From: an uncultured Bartonella sp.
GTDB taxonomy: Bacteria > Pseudomonadota > Alphaproteobacteria > Rhizobiales > Rhizobiaceae
Assembly (NCBI RefSeq): GCF_945285465.1
Contig: NZ_CALYQK010000002.1
Span: 2,544-66,543 of the forward strand
Length of the DNA: 64,000 nt
Direction of reading: 5' to 3'
This document shows, piece by piece, positions 28,462 to 38,310 of this stretch. The notes beneath the pieces were generated by a model. That model saw only the letters and a program-made list of their open reading frames with translations, was not told the origin of the DNA and searched no databases. Position 1 is the stretch's first letter; every line of letters begins with the position of its first letter. The position numbers were made by a program, and so were the translations under genes.

Positions 28462-31086
28462 ATGACAACTGAAAAAAAACCGGATGAAAATACCGTCGAG
28501 AATAACGCATTCCAAAAGTCACCACGTTTTCTATATCTGCTGAAAACCTCTGTTGTTCCTTTGCTAGGGCTGACCATCGCTGCAATATCGTTTTTTGTTT
28601 TATGGGAATTGTTAAAAACAACTTCCAGACATGACACGATGGAAGCTTTTCGAAGCTATACCACGCCTACTCTTTTGCTGGCTGTCCTTTTTACCTGCAT
28701 CAGCTATTGCGGAATTGCACTTTATGACGTTGTCGCAGCACGCACTATTGCTCCGGGCAAAATTACGACACCGGTAGCCGCACTTGCCGGTTCGGCTGGC
28801 TATGCGGTTTCCAATGCGCTCGGTTTTTCGTTTTTAACAGGCGGGGCACTGCGCTATCGTGTCTATGCTGGCGAAGGTATCGGCCTTGCCGATATAGGAC
28901 GCATTATCAGTATGTCATGGTTTTCAATGTGGTTTGCATTGTTGGCCGTGATTGGCTTTGCCCTTGCTTTCGAGCCAGAAAATCTGCCGTGGCTCGGCAC
29001 ACTGAATCTAACTTTCGACCGGATTGCCGGAACTGTTGTTATTTTCGTTCTTATTAGTCTCATCATATGGCTTTATGGCGGTGCAAGAGAGCTGAAAGTC
29101 GGTCCCTTATCCTTGAAACTTCCCGGCTCGCGCGGTGCTTTAATGCAAATTTTTGCCGGTCTTGTCGATATTACCGCTGCTTCCGCCACTCTTTATGTGC
29201 TCATGCCAGCCGACCTGCAAACAGGATTTGCTGCTTTTACACTGGTTTTCTCCGTCGCTATTGTGATCGGTGTTGTCAGCCATTCACCTGGCGGGCTCGG
29301 TGCTTTTGAAGCTATTCTGATTGGCGGTCTCGGTCTTGCAGGCAACGCAAAAGGTGTTGCCGCGCTCCTCGTCTACCGGCTCATTTATACAATTTTGCCT
29401 CTGGTTGTTGCTATAATCGGCATAGCAATTTGGGAAATTCTGCGCCAACGCAAGCGTGTCTCGGCCAAAGCGGCGCAAGTATCGCGCATTATCGAGCCGA
29501 TGATACCTTTTGTTTCGGCCGGTCTTACGTTTCTTGCTGGTGTGGTTATGCTGATATCGGTTGTCACACCCGGGCGTCGCATAAGACTCGATGTTTTGTC
29601 GGATGCACTTCCGCTAATTTTCATCGAGACGTCAAATCTTGCGGCAAGCCTCATTGGAGTTACGCTACTCGTTGTTTCTTACGGGTTGGCAAGAAGGCTT
29701 GTAAACGCCTGGTTTGTTACGATTTTCCTGTTGCTCGCCGGTGCCGTTTTTTGCTTTACCAAAGGTCTCGATTGGGAAGAAGCCACTATTTTATGTATGT
29801 TTGCTCTCATATTATGGAGCTTTAAACGTTCATTCTATCGGCGGCCATTAAATAACGGCTTAACGATTAGTTGGGGTTGGCTTGCCAGTATCGGTGCTTT
29901 TGCTTGTGCTGTTATCTGGCTCGGCTTTTTTGTTTACCGCCATGTCGAATATTCAAACGAGTTATGGTGGAGCTTTGCCTGGAATGCGAATGCTCCGCGT
30001 TTTCTTCGTGCCAGTGTCGTTATATTTTCGGTTATTTTTATCGTTGCACTTTATAACATTATTCACTACCCGCTTCGCAAACATTCAAAACACGAAACGG
30101 TGATTCCCGATTGTATTCCCAGACTTGTGGCTCAGTCACCTTATTCGGATACCGCATTGGCACTTTTAGGAGATAAACAATTTCTTATTTCTGCCAATGA
30201 AGATGGATTTATCATGTATAGTAAATCTGGCGGAAGTCTCATTGCATTGGGCGAACCGATAAGCAATGACGAAAAAGTATTGAGCGATCTGGCATGGGAG
30301 TTTCGCAAACATGCCGACAGCGCCGCATTGCGAACTGTTTTTTATGGTGTCGGCCCACGCCATTTGCCACTCTATCTAGATATGGGGCTTTCGGCAATCA
30401 AACTTGGTGAAGTTGCAAAAGTCTATTTACCCGATTTTTCATTAGAAGGCCCCAAACGCCAGCCGTTCCGCTATGCCGAACGCAAAGCAACCCGGGAGGG
30501 CCTTAATTTTTCTATCATTCCCGCCCATGACGTCGAAAATCACCTTCCTGCGCTGCGTCATGTTTCTGACACCTGGCTTGCATCAAAGTCGGGAGCAGAA
30601 AAACGCTTCTCGATTGGTTATTTCAATGAAGACTTTCTCAAACGATTTGATGTTGCCGTCATGACCAAAGACGACCAGATTGTTGCATTTGCCAATGTTT
30701 GGAAAAGCGGCAACCACAACGAAATAACCGTTGATATGATGCGCTATCTACCAAACGTGTCGAAAGTTATGATGGACGCTTTATTTGCCCACTTATTGCT
30801 CTACGGCAAGGAACAGGGTTATCAATGGTTTAATCTTGGGGCTGCTCCACTGGCCGGACTTTCGGCAAATCGTTTGGCTGCCCGTTGGCAACGCATCGGC
30901 TCGTTCATTTATCGTCGAGGGCGTGAACTTTATCATTTTGACGGATTAAAAACTTTTAAAGATAAATTCGACCCGGTTTGGTCGCCTCATTATCTGATCT
31001 GTCCGGGCGGATTTGAAACGGCTAAAGTTTTCTTTGATGTTACAACACTTATCAACGGCAATCCTTTGGAGTTTTTACGCAAATGA
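28462..31086 (+). CDS. mprF: Lysyl-phosphatidylglycerol flippase/synthetase (MprF/LpiA)
   Basis: Flippase TMs (HSPGGLGAFE) and synthetase domain (GDK.FL, EKRFS.G.F, DMMRY, FNLGAAPL, GLKTFKDKF.P.W). Confidence 0.93.
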   Translation: MTTEKKPDENTVENNAFQKSPRFLYLLKTSVVPLLGLTIAAISFFVLWELLKTTSRHDTMEAFRSYTTPTLLLAVLFTCISYCGIALYDVVAARTIAPGKITTPVAALAGSAGYAVSNALGFSFLTGGALRYRVYAGEGIGLADIGRIISMSWFSMWFALLAVIGFALAFEPENLPWLGTLNLTFDRIAGTVVIFVLISLIIWLYGGARELKVGPLSLKLPGSRGALMQIFAGLVDITAASATLYVLMPADLQTGFAAFTLVFSVAIVIGVVSHSPGGLGAFEAILIGGLGLAGNAKGVAALLVYRLIYTILPLVVAIIGIAIWEILRQRKRVSAKAAQVSRIIEPMIPFVSAGLTFLAGVVMLISVVTPGRRIRLDVLSDALPLIFIETSNLAASLIGVTLLVVSYGLARRLVNAWFVTIFLLLAGAVFCFTKGLDWEEATILCMFALILWSFKRSFYRRPLNNGLTISWGWLASIGAFACAVIWLGFFVYRHVEYSNELWWSFAWNANAPRFLRASVVIFSVIFIVALYNIIHYPLRKHSKHETVIPDCIPRLVAQSPYSDTALALLGDKQFLISANEDGFIMYSKSGGSLIALGEPISNDEKVLSDLAWEFRKHADSAALRTVFYGVGPRHLPLYLDMGLSAIKLGEVAKVYLPDFSLEGPKRQPFRYAERKATREGLNFSIIPAHDVENHLPALRHVSDTWLASKSGAEKRFSIGYFNEDFLKRFDVAVMTKDDQIVAFANVWKSGNHNEITVDMMRYLPNVSKVMMDALFAHLLLYGKEQGYQWFNLGAAPLAGLSANRLAARWQRIGSFIYRRGRELYHFDGLKTFKDKFDPVWSPHYLICPGGFETAKVFFDVTTLINGNPLEFLRK

Positions 31087-32483
31087 CAATCCGACGTATC
31101 ATTTTACTGGTATTGGCCGTGTGTGTGGTTGCGGCAGTAGTTTATGGCGTTCTTCATCGTGGAAAAATCAACCGTTTGTGGGCCGGTTTTACCGGTTCAA
31201 CCGCGCCGATCGTTTATGCTGAAGGCGAGAGATTAACGGATATACCGGTTTTTCTGCCGCAAGGCGATATCAGAGGGCTTGTTATTCTGGTTTCTGACGC
31301 GGGCGGTGCCAAAACCCGTGAAGCGGATATGTCTGCGGCATTATTGAAACGCAATCTCATTGTTGCTCTGGTAAATTTTGACGCTTGGCGGCAAGAGCTT
31401 GATAAGGAAGATGGTGAATGTATTTATCTTGTTTCCGATCTTGAAGCGTTATCCAAAGATGTATTGCGACGTTTGGATCTTGATGTTTATTTTCACCCAG
31501 TTGTCGTCGGAATTGGCGAAGGCGGGGCAATTGCGTATGCGGCGGCGGCCGATTCACCTGAAAATACATTGGCCGGTACAGTGGTCCTCGACCCCTCACC
31601 GTCATCTCACACCCGCCTCCCCTCATGTACAGAAGAAGCACATGCAACAAAATCTTCTGACGGTGGTTTTACTTATCAGTTAGGTGTAAAAATTCCCTCT
31701 CCTGCAACGATCGTTAGCAATAATGTTGCCAGCAACGATATAAAAGCCGCTGCACGAGAAAAAACTGCCGCACTGATTAATGATACGGCTTTTGAAACTC
31801 GTTTAAAAACATCTGCTGATACGGCACTTGACTATGCCATTCGTGATGCCGCTGATGCGGATCTTCCAATAATTGATATGCCATCGAAAAATCCAGCAAA
31901 AGCACTTGTTATATTTTTCTCCGGAGATGGTGGCTGGCGTGATATTGATATGGAAATCGGCGATCTTTTTCAAAATCAGGATGTTCATGTAATCGGTATT
32001 GACTCTCTGCGTTATTTCTGGAGCACCCGGACACCTGAAGAAATAGCAAAAGATATCGAACAACTTATCGAGGAAGCCGATCCCCAACAAAATTTACCGG
32101 TTGCCCTTTTCGGCTATTCATTCGGCGCAGACATCTTGCCATTTGCTTGGCAACTACTTGATAAATCCGTGCAAAAACAAACCGTTATGATTGCACTTAT
32201 GGGAGTGTCCAATACCGCTGATTTTCAGATTTCGATTGATGGCTGGTTAGGTGGTAGCGGTGACACACCTGTTCTAACAGAGTTGCAAAAAATGCCAATG
32301 GAAAAAACCGTTTGTGTTTATGGCGAAGATGAAGACGACACAGCCTGCCCGGACCCATCTTTGAGTGCAATGCAACGTATCAAGTTACCCGGCGGGCACC
32401 ATTTTGACGAAGACTATCAAAGTCTTGCTAAAACCCTCCATTCAATTTTACTGGAAAAAGCAAAGCTTGAAAAAACTCAATGA
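31083..32483 (+). CDS. AcvB/VirJ/AtvA-family lysyl-PG hydrolase
   Basis: SGDGGWRDID, GYSFGAD (catalytic Ser), PGGHHFD. ATGA overlap with mprF. Confidence 0.92.
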   Translation: MTIRRIILLVLAVCVVAAVVYGVLHRGKINRLWAGFTGSTAPIVYAEGERLTDIPVFLPQGDIRGLVILVSDAGGAKTREADMSAALLKRNLIVALVNFDAWRQELDKEDGECIYLVSDLEALSKDVLRRLDLDVYFHPVVVGIGEGGAIAYAAAADSPENTLAGTVVLDPSPSSHTRLPSCTEEAHATKSSDGGFTYQLGVKIPSPATIVSNNVASNDIKAAAREKTAALINDTAFETRLKTSADTALDYAIRDAADADLPIIDMPSKNPAKALVIFFSGDGGWRDIDMEIGDLFQNQDVHVIGIDSLRYFWSTRTPEEIAKDIEQLIEEADPQQNLPVALFGYSFGADILPFAWQLLDKSVQKQTVMIALMGVSNTADFQISIDGWLGGSGDTPVLTELQKMPMEKTVCVYGEDEDDTACPDPSLSAMQRIKLPGGHHFDEDYQSLAKTLHSILLEKAKLEKTQ

Positions 32484-32499
32484 GATAAACACTATCAGT

Positions 32500-32539
32500 G
32501 TAGGGAGAATTTGTTCTTGCTAATTTGCCCTACTTTTTC
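32500..32539 (+). terminator. Probable terminator after the virJ-like gene
   Basis: GTAGGG..AATT / AATT..CCCTAC stem followed by TTTTT. Confidence 0.5.
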
Positions 32540-33240
32540 TTGTTCGCCTTATTCTAAGGCAAACAGTTTTTCGAGGTCTGCTTTTTGAAGTTGATATTTT
32601 GCAAACAGGAACTTTTACTTAAGCCAACTGATAGAAGGAGAGATTTTGTATTTTGAAAGTTTTATTGCGATGAAATCGGTTTTTTTATCACAAAAATCAA
32701 ACGGTACCGACGTGTTAATCGAAGGAACGCAGAACGGTTTTTTGTCATTAGAAAGTCCGTACCTAAAAATTAGCGGCATTGATCAGTGCTTTTATTTTGT
32801 TAATTCCTGATTGGTGCCGATATTGCAGATACGAATAATTACGCCGGGATTTGCCAAGCACAAGGACATTTTCAAGCAATCTCTTGCCGTAACAAATGAG
32901 CCACGATTTCTGTTCGTCGGAACGGCATTTGCTTTCGATTATGCCATCTTTGTTCTCGTTTGAGATATGCGGGTTGCTCCGCTGCTCAGGCGTTGCGCAG
33001 CATCCAAATGGCATTTCATGGGTTAATCTTCGGCTGAAAATTTTGCTGCCATCGGCCTACCATTTTAATATGGCTCGTTATTTTCTGTTTTCTGTTTTTA
33101 CTCTCGATCGCTGGGCGGCTGCCCTTGTCTGCACTCAAACACCCACCAGTGCGATTAATCCGGTTAAAACAAGAATTTTTAATTTCAGCTATTACTTCAT
33201 TAAGCCTGTCTGCAATGTACAAAAATAAATTTGGTTCGCT

Positions 33241-33438
33241 TTAACAGCACTTAAAACCGCCTTTGCCGCCGTAGCGCGCATCTTGGCGCTCACGAAAGAA
33301 CTCATTATACGACATTGGTTGCTGCTCGGGATGAACCGCGCTCATATGGGCAACATAATTATCATAATCAGGAACACCGATCATAAGTTTGGCTGTTTGG
33401 CCAAGAAACTTACCAAAGCTCATAAAATTCATACACAT
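33241..33438 (-). CDS. yjiX: YbdD/YjiX-family CstA-associated small protein
   Basis: [14 protein letters not shown]...[22 protein letters not shown], downstream of cstA. Confidence 0.9.
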   Translation of the reverse strand: MCMNFMSFGKFLGQTAKLMIGVPDYDNYVAHMSAVHPEQQPMSYNEFFRERQDARYGGKGGFKCC

Positions 33439-33458
33439 TAAAGCCTCCGCATCGTTTT

Positions 33459-33488
33459 GATATAGTGTCGCATGAACGACACTATATC
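33459..33488. repeat. Perfect 12-bp intercistronic hairpin between cstA and yjiX
   Basis: GATATAGTGTCG-CATGAA-CGACACTATATC. Confidence 0.85.
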
Positions 33489-33499
33489 GCTATATTTTA

Positions 33500-35557
33500 T
33501 TAAGCAACCTTATCGTTGGGAACCAGCGGTGTTGGCGGAAAAGGTTCATATGGCAGTTCACAAACTGTTGGCTTTTCATTTTTAAGAGCCTTTAGCGCGG
33601 TTTTGATTGCAAATAAGGTCAACAATAATACAACAAACATAAACAATGCCGTTAAAACACCATTGACGTAGTTTCCGATTGCTTGCTGCTTGGTAGCTGC
33701 TTTGCCTGCGGCAACAAAAAAGCTGAGTTTTGCATCGAACACTTTTTCCCAGCCGGCCGTCATTGTGCAGACGAACAACCATGTTGCTGGCAAAATCGCC
33801 ACCCAGGCATAACGTTGTTGCTTCATTTTAAACAATACGACGGTGCATAACAACAATGCCACTGCCGCAAGCATTTGGTTGGCAATGCCAAACAAAGGCC
33901 AAAGCGAATAAATACCACCTTTTGGGTCGACAGCACCTTGATAAACGAAATAGCCCCACATCAGTACAACCAAAGCAGTGGAAATGAGGTTGGCACCTAA
34001 ATTGTCTGTCTTGCGCATATGTGGAAAAACAGTTCCCAATAAATCCTGAAGCATAAAGCGTGCCGAGCGTGTTCCGGCATCAACCGCCGTCAAAATGAAC
34101 AGCGCTTCAAACAGAATTGCAAAATGATACCAGAAAGACATACTCATCCAGCCGGCTAAAGCATTATGAAGAATACGTGCCATACCCACAGCCAAGGTCG
34201 GCGCACCGCCGGTTTTTGCGATAATTGTTTCTTCGCCGACCTCTTTGGCTATGTTGGTCAAAGTTTCCGGAGTGACATGAAATCCCCAACTCGAAACAAC
34301 GGCTGAAGCGGATTGAACAAGATCGCCGGTACCACCGGGAAGCAGAACACCCAAAGGAGAATTCATTGAGAAATAAACACCGGGATTGATAACGCATGCC
34401 GCAATCAAAGCCATGATTGCCACAAAAGACTCCATCAACATACCGCCATAGCCAATAAAACAGGCCTGATCTTCGTTTGCCAGCATTTTCGGCGTTGTGC
34501 CCGACGCAATAAGTGCATGAAACCCCGATACCGCACCACATGCAATCGTAATAAATAGGAAGGGAAAAAGATCACCGCCCCAGACAGGCCCCGTTCCATC
34601 AACATATTTGGTAAGGGCCGGCATTTCCAGCATCGGACGAACAACAACAATACCAACAGCCAAGGCGATAATGGTACCAATTTTCAAAAAAGTCGAAAGA
34701 TAGTCGCGCGGAGCAAGTAACAACCATACAGGCAACACCGCAGCAACAAAACCATAAATGATAATCATCACAGTAAGGGTCGTTGCCTCATAATTAAACC
34801 ATGAAGCATAAGAACTATCTTTTATCCAGCCACCCGAAACAATACCAAACAATAAAAGCACAAGACCGATAACTGAAACTTCACCAATTCGTCCAGGGCG
34901 AATATAGCGCAAATAAATTCCCATGAAAAAAGCCAGCGGAATTGTAAATGCTACTGTGTATGTTCCCCACGAACTGCCAGCCAGGGCCTTGACAACGACC
35001 ATTGCCAAGACACCCAGAATGATAATCATGATCATAAAACAAGCAATAAGAGCAATAACACCTGCCACATCGCCCATTTCTTCGCGAACGAGTTCTCCCA
35101 ACGAACGGCCATCATGTCTTGTTGAAATGAACAAAACCATAAAATCCTGCACGGCACCGGCCAAAACACAGCCAGCCAATATCCATAGCAGCCCCGGGAG
35201 ATAGCCCATCTGGGCGGCAAGCACAGGACCAACAAGAGGCCCGGCTCCGGCAATAGCCGCAAAGTGATGGCCAAACAGAATTTTTTCATCCGTTGGAACA
35301 TAATCAAGACCGTCATTGCGCCGATAAGCGGGCGTCATCCGTGTGCTATCGGCTTTCAGAACGGTATTTGAAATAAAAAGCCCATACAGTCGATAGGCAA
35401 CGAGGTAAACACAAACAGCGGCGACGACAATCCACATAGCATTGACCGCCTCGCCTCTATTGAGAGCAATATAGGCTAACGAAAATGCACCCAATATTGC
35501 TAATATGACCAAAATAATTATTTGGGGTGCAGTCAGAGTTTTTCGAACAGCTGCCAT
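33500..35557 (-). CDS. cstA: Carbon starvation protein A family transporter (CstA/BtsT)
   Basis: GHHFAAIAGAGPLVGP, LLAPRDYLS, ACGAVSGFH, WYHFAILFEALFILT. Confidence 0.95.
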   Translation of the reverse strand: MAAVRKTLTAPQIIILVILAILGAFSLAYIALNRGEAVNAMWIVVAAVCVYLVAYRLYGLFISNTVLKADSTRMTPAYRRNDGLDYVPTDEKILFGHHFAAIAGAGPLVGPVLAAQMGYLPGLLWILAGCVLAGAVQDFMVLFISTRHDGRSLGELVREEMGDVAGVIALIACFMIMIIILGVLAMVVVKALAGSSWGTYTVAFTIPLAFFMGIYLRYIRPGRIGEVSVIGLVLLLFGIVSGGWIKDSSYASWFNYEATTLTVMIIIYGFVAAVLPVWLLLAPRDYLSTFLKIGTIIALAVGIVVVRPMLEMPALTKYVDGTGPVWGGDLFPFLFITIACGAVSGFHALIASGTTPKMLANEDQACFIGYGGMLMESFVAIMALIAACVINPGVYFSMNSPLGVLLPGGTGDLVQSASAVVSSWGFHVTPETLTNIAKEVGEETIIAKTGGAPTLAVGMARILHNALAGWMSMSFWYHFAILFEALFILTAVDAGTRSARFMLQDLLGTVFPHMRKTDNLGANLISTALVVLMWGYFVYQGAVDPKGGIYSLWPLFGIANQMLAAVALLLCTVVLFKMKQQRYAWVAILPATWLFVCTMTAGWEKVFDAKLSFFVAAGKAATKQQAIGNYVNGVLTALFMFVVLLLTLFAIKTALKALKNEKPTVCELPYEPFPPTPLVPNDKVA

Positions 35558-35880
35558 ACTTCTCCTCCTATGGGAAACAATTTTTAAGTTATTTTTTCCA
35601 AGTATTTCAAGTCAAAAAGGCTGCTAAAAAGCCCGATAATTTTTATTATTATTTTTTACGCCTTGTCTATCACAATTAATAAAATGCAAATTATTATCTG
35701 TGCATATCCGAAACAACGGAAAATTCCGTTGAAAAAGGTCTCAAAAGCGTTTCGCCACATTATTTTTCAGAAATTTCTTTTTTAAATAGCGCGCCATTGC
35801 ACTAAAAATTTGATTTACGTTTGCTATAGTTTTTCTGTCAGAAAATCACTCCGTTGCGATGAACAGACCAGATGGATTTA

Positions 35881-38100
35881 TTAATTTCGCGCCGCCCGCA
35901 AATAGATTCTTTGCCTGTTCCACGGTCGTGCAGGCCCGCCTTTTATTGCAAAAACAACATTACCGGCGCGGCTGACAGCCGCACTTCCCTTCAATGCCAA
36001 ATCGCGAGGCGTAATAAGCTGTTGTTCACTACAACCAGTCGGTTGCTCATTGCGAAAGTCTCGATTCTTCAACGGAACATTTGCCAAAAGCACAACTATA
36101 TCTGCATCACTACAAGTAAGTTCGCTACCATTGCCGTTTTCTATGACTGCTACTTTTAGCCCTCCTTTTTGTTCAGCTGAACAAATGCCGTCAGAACATC
36201 CAAATTGTGCCCCTTTTTGTTCGCCTTGGCGCACCGGCCCGACAATATTGACAAGTCTATAGGAACGTTTCCAAACGTCGGTGGTAAATTTCGATGGCTT
36301 TACTTCGCCGATAAAAAGTGTTCGATTATCGACAAACCCAACAGCACGAGCATCTTCTGAAACAAGTAAGGCTGGCGGTTTTTGCAGTAAGGCAATCAAA
36401 ATTCCCAAAAGGAAGAAAAATACCGAAATCAGGCACAATCTTGTTCTACAACACACCAGAATGACAAGACCAAAGGATAAAAAAATCAAAGCACCGCGCG
36501 GCATCATACCGGGATTTAAATCGGGCGATATTGATGCCACACTATATGCTATCTGTTCGACAATTTTTACTCCCCACCCCATAATTTGCAAAGGCCACCA
36601 TTCCAAACCGAATGGCATTGCAACCGCCGAAAGAAGCGCAAAGGGCATAACTGCAATCGACATAACGGGAAAGGCTATCGCGTTACTGATAATTCCGAGC
36701 GGTGCCGTATTGGCAAAGTGATAGGCGGCAAAAATTCCGCTGGAAAGCCCTGCTACAAGCGAGGCAACAGCAGTTGAAATTAAGGGAAATAGTATGAAAT
36801 AAACAATGCCTGCGCCAACAAATTTCGGCACAGTCTTTTGATAGGCATAATGTTTTCTTGTCCACCAGCCAAACACTGCAATCAAAACCGCAGTTGCCGA
36901 AAAAGACATCTGGAAACTTGGACCCAAAACTTCATGCGGTTCCAGTATCAGCGTTATCAATGCCGCAATGGCAAGATTTCTCATTGTGATGGCGGAGCGG
37001 TCAAAAAGTATGGCCACAAGCATAACCGCAACCATAATAAAGCTGCGCTGTGCAGCAACATCAGCTCCCGACAATAACAGATAAAAAGCAGCTACAATAA
37101 GGGCTATCGCAGCAGCAATTTTCTTTGATGGATAAGCGGAAGAAAAACCAGGAAAAAACGCAAGTAATGTTCTGACAACGATAAGCACCATGCCGCTTAC
37201 CATAGCCATGTGCAAGCCGGAAATCGATAAAATATGTGCAAGGCCGGCAATCCGTAACGCTTCATTTGTCTGCGAAGATATGCCGCCCCGATCGCCGGTA
37301 ATTAATGCGCTGGCAACGCTTCCTGTTTCTCCGCTGATGGCATTTGTTATCTTCGCCGTCATTGCTAGGCGCAAACGTGAAACTGCTAAACCTAGACGAT
37401 CAACAATAAAATGCGGTGGTGAAACTATAATATGTTTTGCTTTACCAAGAAAATAGCCTTGTGCGCCTATAGATTGGAAATAGTTGTAGAAGCTGAAATC
37501 AAAGCTGCCCGGCCTGATTGGCCCGGATGACGCTCGCAACTTAACCCGCCCGTGAATTCCATCGCCGGGTTTAAAATCAACGCCATTATTAGTCAATACC
37601 GTCAACTTTACCCGCTGCGGCGGATATTTTAAGGAAGGATTTTCTGTCATCATCACATCAATTATCAGACGCGACTTTCCTTTTACGGTTTTTTCGCCGG
37701 ATACAACACGACCGGTTAAAACCGTCGATACATCGGATCCAAGCATAGGCGTTGCCATGCGCCATGTCTCGACCTTTGCAAAAACTGCTCCAAGAACAAT
37801 GCAGACCACCATTGCGGCGATAAAAAAGGCCGGGCGATAATGTCGTAAAAGAACAAATAGACCCGTTATCACAACAAAATATCCGCAAAGGCGAGAGCCT
37901 TCCGGTTCATAGGGCAGACAGAAATAGATAACTGCACCCACTGTCATAAAGACCGGTATTGTTAAAAAAATGATTCCATGGTCAATCTCGTGATCTGCTA
38001 AAGCCTTAAGCTGGCGCCATGTAAAAGCCAGTTTTGACGAGATATAATTTAACCCTGTTCTATGTGGAGGAATAAATGATATATCATCAGGCAGACTCAC
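35881..38100 (-). CDS. comEC: ComEC/Rec2 competence membrane protein (true start may be further upstream)
   Basis: GLAHILSISGLHM, SFQMSF, DUF4131-like N-terminal region. Divergent from gltX as in Rhizobiales. Confidence 0.92.
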   Translation of the reverse strand: MSLPDDISFIPPHRTGLNYISSKLAFTWRQLKALADHEIDHGIIFLTIPVFMTVGAVIYFCLPYEPEGSRLCGYFVVITGLFVLLRHYRPAFFIAAMVVCIVLGAVFAKVETWRMATPMLGSDVSTVLTGRVVSGEKTVKGKSRLIIDVMMTENPSLKYPPQRVKLTVLTNNGVDFKPGDGIHGRVKLRASSGPIRPGSFDFSFYNYFQSIGAQGYFLGKAKHIIVSPPHFIVDRLGLAVSRLRLAMTAKITNAISGETGSVASALITGDRGGISSQTNEALRIAGLAHILSISGLHMAMVSGMVLIVVRTLLAFFPGFSSAYPSKKIAAAIALIVAAFYLLLSGADVAAQRSFIMVAVMLVAILFDRSAITMRNLAIAALITLILEPHEVLGPSFQMSFSATAVLIAVFGWWTRKHYAYQKTVPKFVGAGIVYFILFPLISTAVASLVAGLSSGIFAAYHFANTAPLGIISNAIAFPVMSIAVMPFALLSAVAMPFGLEWWPLQIMGWGVKIVEQIAYSVASISPDLNPGMMPRGALIFLSFGLVILVCCRTRLCLISVFFFLLGILIALLQKPPALLVSEDARAVGFVDNRTLFIGEVKPSKFTTDVWKRSYRLVNIVGPVRQGEQKGAQFGCSDGICSAEQKGGLKVAVIENGNGSELTCSDADIVVLLANVPLKNRDFRNEQPTGCSEQQLITPRDLALKGSAAVSRAGNVVFAIKGGPARPWNRQRIYLRAARN

Positions 38101-38310
38101 GACATGCCGTTCACGCGGACTGTAAAGCCCTGTGGCAGATCTTGTTTCGATCTTACCTGATGCATCTGTATCTGGTTTGTGTTCGACCGCGTATTTTGGC
38201 TTTATAATTCTGCTCGTTCCCTTTGGTATGACTATTGCATGCCTTTGAGTCTATGCTAATGATTTGACGTCATACTGACAACGAAATACATGTAAATATC
38301 TGGAGACATT

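Noticed and set aside
33241-33252. Selenocysteine in the YjiX-family C-terminus
   Set aside because: It ends TGC TGT TAA (Cys-Cys-stop) with no in-frame TGA.
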